40,610 nucleotides of DNA from Verrucomicrobiota bacterium (GTDB lineage: Bacteria; Verrucomicrobiota; Verrucomicrobiia; Opitutales; Opitutaceae), in contig JBEGTN010000152.1 of the NCBI GenBank assembly GCA_041179405.1, positions 1-40,610 on the forward strand, given 5' to 3'. Numbering within the stretch: the stretch's first letter is position 1; every line of letters starts with the position of its first letter. Shown here one piece after another: positions 19,221-29,600 of this stretch. A model generated the notes under the pieces. It ran no database searches, was not told where the DNA came from, and saw only the letters and a list, made by a program, of their open reading frames with translations. Position numbers and translations under genes: made by a program.

Positions 19221-20216
19221 ATGAATAGCGTTTTACCTCTTGTGTCTCCTTTTCGTTTGTTGGCGGTCAGTCTTGGCCTTTGCGCTGTAGCGTTGCCAGG
19301 TCGGGCTGCTGATTGGGTGGGAACGGTTAATTCCGATTTCTCCTTGCCGAGTAATTGGCAAGGCACCCCGCCACGAGCGGGTATGTCCAATCCGCGCGCC
19401 GAGAATTTCTACGTCGTTAACGAGTCTTTGATCGCGATGAACTATACCGCTCGTGAGGGAGATACAGTCATTGGCAGTCCGGATGCCAGCACTGGGCAAT
19501 TTCTGGTCGGCACCTTGGAGCGATCTGGGTGCTTGGAGATGAGTGGCGGCAGTTTGCGTATCTTCAGCTACTGGTCGCCGATCATTGGTCAGAACGGCAA
19601 CACCACGATTGGGACGGTTTACGTGCGTGGTGGCACTTTGCGGATCGGGAATACAAGTCGAACACTCGCTCGTGAGCGTTTTTTTCGTGTGGGTAATTCC
19701 CGTCCCAATGAGAAAGGCGCACGGGGAGTGATCTTCGTAAGCGGCGGCTTGGTAGTCATAGAAACGGAGGGGGGCGCGGATCCATTGGCCAACTCGTCTC
19801 CCGATTCCATGTTCGGGGGATTTAATATTGGCCGCTGCGGTGCCGACGGCTTAGTTTACCTGACCGGTGGAATCCTAAGAATCACCAGTCCCTATGGAAC
19901 GTCTTTCGTGCCGGACAACGGTCCGGCGGTTGGCATTCTCACTTTTGGGTTGGGGGGGGGTGTGTTTGAACAAACCAATTCTTCTCGTATTACTTTCGGC
20001 ACCGGTGCGACGGAATCATACATCACGTTCACGCCCGGAAGCAAAGGCGCTCTTTCCTTGGCGAGAGCGACCCGTAAAACATTTGACGACCTAATCGCGG
20101 TGGGTGGTATCCGGATCGACGGTGCTATGACTGATCCCTCGCGTTTTCTTTTTACGGAGGAAGGTTTTCAAGGGGTGTTACGGCTCGCGACTGCTCAGAG
20201 CACCGGCGTGAAGTGA
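19221..20216 (+). CDS. Secreted Gly-rich beta-repeat hypothetical protein, homologous to the N-terminal domain of the 8931-13778 protein
   Basis: Signal peptide ends ...VALPGRA|ADW. Repeats of the form G.L.(M/V).GG.L.I. The C-terminus YITFTPGSKGALSL...FDDLIA.G.IRIDG...F.F...G.QGVL matches the large exoprotein. ATG 19221 preferred. Confidence 0.75.
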   Translation: MNSVLPLVSPFRLLAVSLGLCAVALPGRAADWVGTVNSDFSLPSNWQGTPPRAGMSNPRAENFYVVNESLIAMNYTAREGDTVIGSPDASTGQFLVGTLERSGCLEMSGGSLRIFSYWSPIIGQNGNTTIGTVYVRGGTLRIGNTSRTLARERFFRVGNSRPNEKGARGVIFVSGGLVVIETEGGADPLANSSPDSMFGGFNIGRCGADGLVYLTGGILRITSPYGTSFVPDNGPAVGILTFGLGGGVFEQTNSSRITFGTGATESYITFTPGSKGALSLARATRKTFDDLIAVGGIRIDGAMTDPSRFLFTEEGFQGVLRLATAQSTGVK

Positions 20217-20245
20217 TCCGGATTTACGCCATGCGACCGATCTTA

Positions 20246-21358
20246 TCAGGCAGGGTCGAACGTGGATAAATCCCAGCGTTCCCTCCATTCGATGACGGGA
20301 GTGCCGTATCTGAATTGAAACGGCAACCAGACGTAGCGTCCGTCGCTGGCGTTTGTCGGTCGCCAGCGGTCTGCAACGAAAATAAACGCGTTGGTCCGAC
20401 CCGGCACCGGCAGCACATAGGTTGACTGGGCATCAAAGGTTGTGGCGGTTTGCCAGCCGTCCCCCAGGCAGGGGTTGCCTAGTTCCTCCCACGGACCCCA
20501 GATCGAATCGGCGACGGCGACCCGCGCCGGGTTAGGAGACCATCCGCTGCATCCAGAGGTGATCAGAAAATAGCGTCCCGCGTATTTGAACAGCGCCGGA
20601 GCCTCATTGAAGCCTCCGGGGAAGACGCGCACGTAGCGCCCGGCGGATCGTAGGTAGTCTTCGCTGAGTAACGAGATGTGAAGTGTGCCGTTGTCCTCCG
20701 ACGAATACACGTGGTAGGCTGATTCGTCCTCATCGACGAAGAGAGTCATATCCCGTGCCATTTGTCCGATAGCGAAGTCGCGTCGATAAATAAGATCCCG
20801 AGGATAGTAGGGCACGGGGCCGCCTGGCAGGTTCATCGCGGCGAGGGCAACGTCTTCTTCAGTGGAGAGAGGTTGCTTTTTTTCGACGAGAACGTTTTCG
20901 GGCCACACTCCGGCATTGGGACGTAAACTACCGAGGTAACGAAAGGGACCGGTTGGCGAATCCGCCACCGCAACGCCGCTACGCGCTCCAGCATAGCCAC
21001 TCTCCGGCGGTTCGAGGTGAAACCACATCACGAAACGACCGGTGCTGCGATTATGGATGACCTTTGGGCGTTCCATGATGCAGCCGACCACAAGATCATG
21101 TTTCGGATCGGTAGAGACCTGTAGCGCGACGCCTTCGTCACGCCATTGGTGAAGATCCCTCGAAGAATAAACGCGCACTCCGACATGCGCGACGTTGCCT
21201 GCGCTTCCGTCGATTTTATGCTCTCCATACCAATAAGTAATGCCTTCGTGATGAAGGAAACCGGCACCGTGGGCATTGATCGGGCGGCCACTCGTATCGA
21301 GCCAACGTTCGCCTGGAAAGAAAGCGCGATCAAACAGGGCGGGGGAGGACGAATTCAT
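20246..21358 (-). CDS. GH43 glycoside hydrolase, subfamily 24-like (exo-beta-1,3-galactanase-type motifs)
   Basis: Motifs INAHGAG, MERPKVI, ARDMTLFVD, NEAPAL and FDAQSTYV. No signal peptide. Confidence 0.85.
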   Translation of the reverse strand: MNSSSPALFDRAFFPGERWLDTSGRPINAHGAGFLHHEGITYWYGEHKIDGSAGNVAHVGVRVYSSRDLHQWRDEGVALQVSTDPKHDLVVGCIMERPKVIHNRSTGRFVMWFHLEPPESGYAGARSGVAVADSPTGPFRYLGSLRPNAGVWPENVLVEKKQPLSTEEDVALAAMNLPGGPVPYYPRDLIYRRDFAIGQMARDMTLFVDEDESAYHVYSSEDNGTLHISLLSEDYLRSAGRYVRVFPGGFNEAPALFKYAGRYFLITSGCSGWSPNPARVAVADSIWGPWEELGNPCLGDGWQTATTFDAQSTYVLPVPGRTNAFIFVADRWRPTNASDGRYVWLPFQFRYGTPVIEWRERWDLSTFDPA

Positions 21359-21418
21359 GTGTGGATAAAAAGGAGCAGACTTGGCTTTGCGGTTTGCGAC
21401 GGGCCATTGCCCTATGGT

Positions 21419-21432
21419 GTTACCGTGTTAAC
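21419..21432 (-). promoter_or_regulatory. Operator-like 14-mer facing GH43
   Basis: Minus strand reads GTTAACACGGTAAC, with TGGCCC 12 nt downstream on the minus strand. Confidence 0.75.
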
Positions 21433-21489
21433 ATCACTGGCTTAAATGGAATCGGGTATAAGGTCCGAAATGCAGCTCAGGTCAGTTTA

Positions 21490-21503
21490 GTTAACAGGGT
21501 AAA
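21490..21503 (+). promoter_or_regulatory. Operator-like 14-mer facing the long GH95-to-lyase operon
   Basis: GTTAACAGGGTAAA, with TGGATA 12 nt downstream. Confidence 0.72.
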
Positions 21504-21667
21504 CAGCCGTCTTCGTGGATAATGTCGGCAGAGAGTATTCATTTAAAATCCTATTCCCCTTCGTAGTTCCCACTCGTTCGAGATTTGGCCGCGAAAAGCG
21601 TTCCAGCGTGTCACTTGAATTCGTGTCTGCGTGTCTGTTTTACCGTTTCTCTCTTCATTGTTTGCCC

Positions 21668-24100
21668 ATGATTGTCCGCCCACTGTTCCGTCGTTGTCTT
21701 GTCACCATGGCTCTTGCTTTTGGCGCTGGCCATGCCTTCGCCATAATAACCGATGGAAATGCGACCATGGCGGCAGCGTCCGGATCTGATCTTGTTCTTT
21801 GGTATAAACAGCCTGCCGACGCATGGATAAAGGCGCTGCCTATTGGCAACGGCCGTTTCGGTGCCATGGTCTTCGGTCAGCCGACCAACGAACGGCTTCA
21901 GCTAAATGATATCACGGTCTGGTCGGGAAACCCACAACCAGATGCCGACCGTAAAGACGCTTGGAAGAACCTGCCCGAGCTTCGTCGTTTAATCCGAGAG
22001 GGTAAATACGATGGGGCCGAAAGACTCGCCAATGATCGCTTCAATGGGTCCGAGCCTTATAGAAACTCGTATCAGACCTTGGGGGACCTATACCTCGATT
22101 TCATTTTGCCTGCCGGCGAGATGAGGGATTATCGCCGCCAGCTCGACATCGCCGAGGCCGTCGCCACTGTCGGCTTCACGGTCGATGGCATTGGCTACCA
22201 GAGGGAGATTTTCTCCAGTGCTCCTGACCAAGTGCTCGTGCAGCGTTTTACCGCTACCCGTCCAGGTGCGATTTCATTCAAATTCCGCTTGAGTCGGGGG
22301 GAGCGAGCCCAAACTCGTGTGGAGGGCGGTGATACGCTCGTGATGACTGGAAACACCGGTAGCACTCTGGGTTACGAGGTGCGAGCCCGCGTTCTCGCGA
22401 AGGGCGGGTGCGTCACCGGCACTGCGGACGATAATCTACTCGTGGAAAATGCTGATGAGGTGGTCATACTGCTTTCTGCCGCCACGACTTTCGTCCTCGA
22501 TTATGACCTCGGATACAAGGGCGGCGATCTCTCGGTCGCCGAAAAACGGATACACGCGGCATCCGAGAAAACTTATGCGAATTTGCGCACGGCGCACATT
22601 GCCGATTATCGCGAATATTTCGACCGCCTGAAACTCGATCTCGGTGCCCAGAATACCCAAACTCCCACTGATGAGCGTCTCCGCGCCTACCATAACAAGC
22701 CCGACCCGGCCTTCGCCTCGCTCTTCTACCAATACGGTCGCTACCTTCTTATTTCCTCCAGCCGGCCGGATAATCCTCTCCCGTCCAATTCGCAGGGCAT
22801 CTGGGGCGACGGCTTCGATCTGCCGTGGAAGTGCGACTACAAGTCCAATATCAACTACGAGATGAATTACTGGGCGGCCGAGCCTTCCAACCTCGGTGAG
22901 ATGCATCTGCCGATGATTCGTATGACGCAGAATCTCGTGAAGCCCGGCACTAAAACCGCTCGCGCATATTTCGGCCCCGACACTCCGGGCTGGGTTGTCG
23001 GCTACACAACCAACGGCTGGAGTTGGACGTCCCCTGGCCGACAGCTTCCGTGGGGCGTTTGGTTCGGCGGCAGCGCTTGGATGTGCCAACACCTGTGGGA
23101 ACACTATGCGTTCAAGCGCGATATCGACTATCTGCGTTCGGTTTATCCTACACTCAAGGGCGCGTCTGAGTTTTGGATGGCCAACTTGGTTGAGGGTAAG
23201 GACGGCAAACTTATCACCTCTCCCTCCAGTTCGCCGGAGAACACCTTCGTCACTAATGAAGGGGTGCGGTCCACTGTCTGCGAAGGCGCGACGATGGAAA
23301 AATCCATTGTGTGGGATCTGTTAAACAACACCGCTCAAGCGGCCGCCGTGCTCGGTGGAGATGACGAATTTCGCCAGAAGATTGAGCAGACTCGCGATCG
23401 CATCCGCCCACCGCAGATCGGCCGTCACGGCCAGATCATGGAGTGGGGGCAGGATTGGGATAATCCGAAGGATGAGCACCGTCATGTTTCTCATCTCTTC
23501 GCCCTGCATCCCGGCCACGAAATTACGGTCTTGGGCACTCCCGCGCTGGCTCAAGCGGCCAAGGTCACACTTCAGCAGCGTGGCGACGACGGCACCGGGT
23601 GGTCCCTTGCCTGGAAAATCAACTTCTGGGCGCGTCTTCGCGATGGTGACCATGCGCAGATGCTCATGAGTAACCAGCTCCGATACACCGAGGAACTTAA
23701 GACAATCATGCAGTATGCAGGTGGCACGTATCCGAATCTCTTCGACGCGCATCCTCCGTTTCAGATCGACGGTAACTTCGGCTTCGTTTCGGGCCTGAAC
23801 GAAATGCTCCTCCAGTCGCAGGAGCGTTATGTCGATCCCGCCGCCCCCGGACAGGATTGTTACTACATCGATTTGCTGCCTGCCCTTCCAGCGGCGTGGC
23901 CGTCCGGCAGCGTCAAGGGACTGCGGGCGCGTGGCGGCTTCGAGGTCGATCTCACATGGGAGAACGGTCGCTTGAAAACCGCACTCATTCGTAGTGTGGC
24001 CGGCACTAGCAGTCAGGTGCGCCATGGTGCTAAGTCGGTCGCGATTTCACTCAAGCCAGGGGAGAGCGTGTTACTCGATTCGAATCTTAAAACCCGGTGA
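21668..24100 (+). CDS. GH95 family glycoside hydrolase (second copy)
   Basis: Motifs [53 protein letters not shown] and HPPFQIDGN. Signal peptide from ATG 21668. Confidence 0.93.
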   Translation: MIVRPLFRRCLVTMALAFGAGHAFAIITDGNATMAAASGSDLVLWYKQPADAWIKALPIGNGRFGAMVFGQPTNERLQLNDITVWSGNPQPDADRKDAWKNLPELRRLIREGKYDGAERLANDRFNGSEPYRNSYQTLGDLYLDFILPAGEMRDYRRQLDIAEAVATVGFTVDGIGYQREIFSSAPDQVLVQRFTATRPGAISFKFRLSRGERAQTRVEGGDTLVMTGNTGSTLGYEVRARVLAKGGCVTGTADDNLLVENADEVVILLSAATTFVLDYDLGYKGGDLSVAEKRIHAASEKTYANLRTAHIADYREYFDRLKLDLGAQNTQTPTDERLRAYHNKPDPAFASLFYQYGRYLLISSSRPDNPLPSNSQGIWGDGFDLPWKCDYKSNINYEMNYWAAEPSNLGEMHLPMIRMTQNLVKPGTKTARAYFGPDTPGWVVGYTTNGWSWTSPGRQLPWGVWFGGSAWMCQHLWEHYAFKRDIDYLRSVYPTLKGASEFWMANLVEGKDGKLITSPSSSPENTFVTNEGVRSTVCEGATMEKSIVWDLLNNTAQAAAVLGGDDEFRQKIEQTRDRIRPPQIGRHGQIMEWGQDWDNPKDEHRHVSHLFALHPGHEITVLGTPALAQAAKVTLQQRGDDGTGWSLAWKINFWARLRDGDHAQMLMSNQLRYTEELKTIMQYAGGTYPNLFDAHPPFQIDGNFGFVSGLNEMLLQSQERYVDPAAPGQDCYYIDLLPALPAAWPSGSVKGLRARGGFEVDLTWENGRLKTALIRSVAGTSSQVRHGAKSVAISLKPGESVLLDSNLKTR

Positions 24101-26652
24101 TCCCCGCGTTTCGCATGTCTATGTTTACTCGTGCCGCGTGCCAGGTTTTTTCGGCTGGTTTACTGTTCTTGCAGGCGGCCGTGCTTTGCTCCGCGTCCGG
24201 TCCGCTTGATCCCAAAGGGTTCACCGAGCCGATTCGTGTGGCTTGCGTGGGCGACAGTATCACCCAAGGGGGTGGGGCGAGTCCTGGCTTTGCTTATCCG
24301 GCGCAATTACAGGATCTCCTCGGCGACGACTGGGAAGTCGGCAATTTCGGAGTCAGCGGACGCACCCTTTTGCGTAAAGGCGACTACTCTTACTGGCGGG
24401 AAGCCGCTCTCCAACGCGCGCAGGATTTTCGCCCCGATGTGGTGATAATCATGCTCGGGACCAACGATACGAAGCCGCAAAACTGGGTCCACTTTGCCGA
24501 ATTCGCCCAAGACTACCGGGATTTGATCAACATCTTTAAGGCGCTTCCCTCCGTGCCGCGCATTTTTGTTTGTCGCCCATGTCCGGTTCCTGGAATCGGG
24601 AACTACGGCATCAACGAAGCAAACATCCAGCAGGAGATTAAGATTATCGACGAACTGGCCGAGCGCCTCGGCCTTGGTCTCATCGATATGCACGCCGCGC
24701 TCGTGAATACTCCGGCGCTTTTGCCCGACCGTGTGCATCCCAATAATGAGGGTGCCCTCGTGATGGCGCGGGCCGTCGCGCGCACCATTTCCGGACGCGA
24801 GCTTGCTGATTCAGCAACGTTTACGCGCATCAACAGCCTGTTCCGGCATCATGCCGTGCTTCAACGCGACGTTCCACTTCCGGTCTGGGGCGATGCGCCC
24901 GCCGGCCAGTCGGTCACAGTCGAGTTTGCGGATCAAAAGGTGTCTACCGTCGCCGACGTGGATAAGCACTGGCGGCTTACGCTTCAGCCCCTCGCCGCCA
25001 GCATGATGCCCCGGACGCTCACCGTTGTAGGCGGCAACAGGATCACCGTTCGCGATCTGCTCGTTGGCGATGTCTGGCTGGCCAGCGGTCAGTCCAACAT
25101 GGAGCGGGAGCTGGGTCCCCGGAGGGGACAAAAGGAAATCACTGGATGGCGCGAAGCCGCTGCGGCGGCCGATCTTCCACTTATTCGTCAGTTCTATGTT
25201 CCCCAAGTCATTTCAACCTCTCCCGTTCGCGATGCCAAGGGACGCTGGAGCGTAACCACCCCGACCACGGCCAAGGAATTTACCGCCGTCGGTTTCTTTT
25301 TTGCCCGTGATCTTCAGCCCGTCGCGCAGGTGCCGATCGGCATCATTCACTCGTCTTGGGGCGGCACGCCCGCCGAGTCTTGGATGAGTCGCGCCGCCCT
25401 GAAAACGCATCCGGATTTTGCTGAGGTGGCCGCCTTGCAGGAAGGCAGCTCGGTCGAGCCCGGCATTTGGCTCGATCAAAACGATCCTGGTTCTTTAGCC
25501 GGGCTGGAACAGGTCGATTTGCCCGTGTCTGAAAACGACGGATGGACGGTCGCCAATCTGCCGGCGACACTCGATCAACTTGGAAAAACCGGCTACTCCG
25601 GCGTCATCTGGTATCGTCGTGTGATCGACCTGAGCGCAGACCAGGCCAGAAAATCCGGCACTCTCCATCTTGGTCGTATCGATGATAGCGATACGACTTG
25701 GGTGAACGGGGTGCGCGTCGGAGCGGAGTCTCGCTGGGATGTCGACCGCCGTTATTCAGTCTCTGCCGGGGCGCTTCGGGCTGGTCGCAATGTTGTCGCT
25801 GTCCGTTTTGTCAACATGGGTGGCAGCGGCGGCTGGCTGGCCAACCGTGACGCGTTCCGCCTCGAACTCGACTCGACCTCGATTCGCCTCGCGGGTGAAT
25901 GGGCGCAGAGAGCGACCCTCGATTTCACGCGCAAGGCTATCCCCCAAGCCCCCGTTTTCAACAACCGCGCGCCCTCTTGTATCTACAACGCCATGATCGC
26001 GCCGCTGACCGATTTCCCGATAAAGGGTGTGCTCTGGTATCAAGGAGAGGACAACAAGGACCGCGCTGCGCAATACCGCACCCTTCTCCCGGCGCTGATC
26101 CAAGGCTGGCGAGCTGCTTGGCACCAACCTGCGTTGCCTTTCCTTGTCGTTCAAATCGCTCCCTTTGGGAAAATGCCTCCTGCGATCCGTGAGGCTCAGC
26201 GCATCGCGGTCAACCACACCTCAGGCACCGCGTTGGTCGTTACGACCGATCTTGGCGACCCCGACGATATTCATCCGGCAGACAAAGCCCCCGTCGGCTC
26301 TCGACTCGCCCTCGCCGCCCGTGCCTTGGCTTACGGTGATAAATCCGAATTCTCTGGTCCGAGTTTCCGCGAACTTCGTGTCTCGAGTTCCGAGGCATGG
26401 CTCGCGTTTGATCATCTGGGCGGTGGCCTGGTCGCCCGGAACGGACCACTTAGGGGCTTCGAGATCGCCGGAGCCGACGGACGTTTTCTTGCCGCTTATG
26501 CCGAGATTCGAGGCGATAAAGTCGTAGTGACCAGCCCCGAGCTAAACGCGCCTGTCGCCGTCCGCTACGGCTGGGCGAACTGCCCCGATGTTAATCTCTA
26601 CAACGATGCAGGACTGCCTGCTTCACCCTTTCGCACCGACAGTCAACCCTGA
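24097..26652 (+). CDS. SGNH/GDSL esterase fused to a sialate O-acetylesterase (SASA)-type carbohydrate esterase
   Basis: N-domain: CVGDSIT, GVSG, LGTND, DRVHP. Second domain: [27 protein letters not shown], with an inserted beta-sandwich. GTGA overlap with GH95; alternative start ATG 24115. Confidence 0.88.
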   Translation: MIPAFRMSMFTRAACQVFSAGLLFLQAAVLCSASGPLDPKGFTEPIRVACVGDSITQGGGASPGFAYPAQLQDLLGDDWEVGNFGVSGRTLLRKGDYSYWREAALQRAQDFRPDVVIIMLGTNDTKPQNWVHFAEFAQDYRDLINIFKALPSVPRIFVCRPCPVPGIGNYGINEANIQQEIKIIDELAERLGLGLIDMHAALVNTPALLPDRVHPNNEGALVMARAVARTISGRELADSATFTRINSLFRHHAVLQRDVPLPVWGDAPAGQSVTVEFADQKVSTVADVDKHWRLTLQPLAASMMPRTLTVVGGNRITVRDLLVGDVWLASGQSNMERELGPRRGQKEITGWREAAAAADLPLIRQFYVPQVISTSPVRDAKGRWSVTTPTTAKEFTAVGFFFARDLQPVAQVPIGIIHSSWGGTPAESWMSRAALKTHPDFAEVAALQEGSSVEPGIWLDQNDPGSLAGLEQVDLPVSENDGWTVANLPATLDQLGKTGYSGVIWYRRVIDLSADQARKSGTLHLGRIDDSDTTWVNGVRVGAESRWDVDRRYSVSAGALRAGRNVVAVRFVNMGGSGGWLANRDAFRLELDSTSIRLAGEWAQRATLDFTRKAIPQAPVFNNRAPSCIYNAMIAPLTDFPIKGVLWYQGEDNKDRAAQYRTLLPALIQGWRAAWHQPALPFLVVQIAPFGKMPPAIREAQRIAVNHTSGTALVVTTDLGDPDDIHPADKAPVGSRLALAARALAYGDKSEFSGPSFRELRVSSSEAWLAFDHLGGGLVARNGPLRGFEIAGADGRFLAAYAEIRGDKVVVTSPELNAPVAVRYGWANCPDVNLYNDAGLPASPFRTDSQP

Positions 26653-26661
26653 CCACGAGCC

Positions 26662-29600
26662 ATGCATTTGATCACCCTCCGATCATTCCCCTGTCGCCTC
26701 GTCGTGTTGCTGATCGTAGCCTCGAATGCGGTATGCGGTTTCGCTCGCGACACGACTAATCTTAATCGTGAGTGGAAGTTTCAGCTCGGTGATCCGGCGG
26801 GTGCGCAGGCCGAGGGCTTCGACGCCGCCGCATGGAGCGACATCAACTTACCGCACACTTTCAGTCTGCCCTACTTCATGGCGACTGGATTTTATAGCGG
26901 TTATGGTTGGTATCGAAAGACGCTTAACCTGCCTGCGGACTCGGCGGAAAAATGCGTGTTTATCGAATTCGAGGGAGCGTTTCGTGATGCCGAAATCTAT
27001 GTGAACGGCGCGCTCGTCGGTCGGCATCAGAGCGGTTACACCGGCTTTTCTTTGGACGTGACCCGTGTGGTTCGGGTGGGTGAAAATCATGTCGCGGTGC
27101 GGCTCAACAATCTGTGGAGGCCCGATCTTGCGCCACGGGCCGGCGACCACACCTTCAGCGGCGGCATTTATCGCGATGTCCGGCTGGTCGTCACCGATCC
27201 GTTGCATGTCGTCTGGTATGGCACCTTTGTCACCACTCCGACGCTTGCCGCCAAGGCGGGCGCTTCGAGCACCGTCAATATCAGGACCGAGGTTCGCAAC
27301 GCATCTTCCGCCGACCGGACGGCTGCAGTTCGCACGGATATTTTCGACCCTGCCGGCTCGAAGGTCGCGAGCGTCATTTCCACGCTCAGGATCGCCGCTG
27401 GTGCCACCGTCGTCTTTGACCAGACGACTCCGGCCATCGTTGGCCCCAGGCTTTGGCATCCTGATAGCCCCGACCTTTACCGTGCTCGCACTTCGGTCAT
27501 CGCCAAAGGTGCGTTTTTAGCGCGGGACAAGCTGGCCGATACCTTTGAAACTACTTTCGGATTTCGTTGGTTTGAGTGGACCGCAGACCGTGGTTTCTTC
27601 CTTAACGGTAAGCCCACCTGGCTGCGGGGAGCCAATGTGCATCAGGACCAAGCGGGGTGGGGCGATGCCGTGACGAACGCGGCCTTGTTTCGTGATGTGC
27701 AGATGGTGAAGGACGCCGGATTTAATTTTATTCGCGGCTCCCATTATCCTAAGGATCCGGCTTTTGGCGAAGCTTGTGATCGCCTCGGCGTGCTTTGGCT
27801 TTCGGAGAATAACTTCTGGGGCATAGGGGGGCGTCACAGCGACGGCGGCTGGAGCGCTAGCGCCTATCCGGTCACGCCGGAGGACGAGGCAGGTTTCGCT
27901 CAAAGTGTCTTGGATAGTTTGCGCGCCATGATCCGCATCCATCGCAACCATCCCTCCATCGTTACATGGAGCGTGTGCAACGAAGCATTTTTCTCCGACT
28001 GCCCGATGGAGAAGGTCCACAAACTGCTCGAAGCCTCTGTAGCGCTCAGTCATGAGCTTGACCCCAGTCGTCCGGCTGCCATCGGCGGTGCGCAGCGTCC
28101 GCTCAACAGCACTCGCCTCGACAAGATCGGCGACCTCGCCGCCTACAATGGCGACGGTGCCACCCAGCCCGTGTTTCAAAATCCAGGCGTTCCGAATTTG
28201 GTTTCTGAATACGGCAGCGTGATCACCGACCGACCCGGTGCCTATGATCCAGGTTGGGGCGATTTGAAAGCCAAGCTCACAGACGGAATGCCGACGCGGT
28301 ATCCTTGGCGTAGCGGCGAGGCCGTGTGGTGCATGTTTGACCACGGTAGCTTCGCCGGCCTCAACCTCGCTCGCATGGGCATCGTGGATTACTTCCGTAT
28401 CCCGAAGCGCGCTTACTTCTGGTATCGCAACGTCCATGTCGGCGTCCCGCCGCCTGAGTGGCCCGTTGCCGGCACTGTCGCGAAACTCGGCCTGAGTGCG
28501 GATAAGACAACGCTATCGTCCGTTGACGGCACCGATGATACCCAGATCTTAGTTGCGATCCTTTCCGCTTCGGGCACGCCGCTGAGCAACACTGCGTCGG
28601 TAACGCTTACCATCGAGTCCGGGCCGGGCGAATTCCCCACCGGACGCGTCATTACCTTCACCCCGTCGGGCAACGGCGACGCCTCCGATATTGCCATCCG
28701 CGACGGCCAAGCGGCTATCGCCTTCCGTTCATATCAGGCCGGCGTGAGTGTGATTCGCGCGACCTCGCCGGGTCTGCGAGATGCCGTCCTGACCATCACG
28801 TCCTCCGGTTCTCCCGCCTACGTTGAGGGCGTCACCCAATTGGTGCCAAACCGCCCCTACGCTCGCTTCAAGCCCAAGGTGGTCGCTTCCGCATCGGCTA
28901 TCGGTTCCGATCCACGTGTCGGTGCCGCCAAGCCGTCGTCTTCCGCTTCTGATGTCAGCCAGGTGCTGGCCTACAATCGACCTACCACGACCTCCGGTTC
29001 AGCCGTCGGCACCGCCTCCTCGTTGGCTAATGACGGCGATCCCACCACGGTTTGGCGTGCGGTCCCCGGCCAGCACGAAGCTTGGTGGCAGGTATTCCTT
29101 GAGGTGGCCTACGATGTTAATCGCGTAACCTTGGTATTTCCGCAGGTGGGAAACTATCGCTATCGTATCGAAGTTTCCGTGGATGGCCTCACGTGGAAAA
29201 CCGTGGTCGATCAATCCGACACGAGCAGCACAGAGCAGGTGCGCACGTCCCTTGGCGACTTTGGCCGGGGTATAGCCTACGTGCGGGTGGCCTTCACTGG
29301 AGCGCCGGTCGGTCACATGCCTGCGCTGGCAGAGGTTTCGGTCGGTGGCGCGCCTGCGCTGGTGGCAGCGCCCGCAGGCCGCCTTGGCGGCACCATCATC
29401 GGGACTTCGGGATCTTACGGCAATATTGCCGCGAGCACGCGCGGGGCTGCGCTGGATGAAAGCACCGAGACTTACTTTGATGCGCCCGTGGTTACAGGTG
29501 CGTGGGTGGGGCTGGATCTTGGCGCGGGTGGAGCCGTCCGCATCACGGAGGTGCGCTACGTGTCCCGGCCGGAAGATGACCGCTCTCGCTTTGCCGAGCG

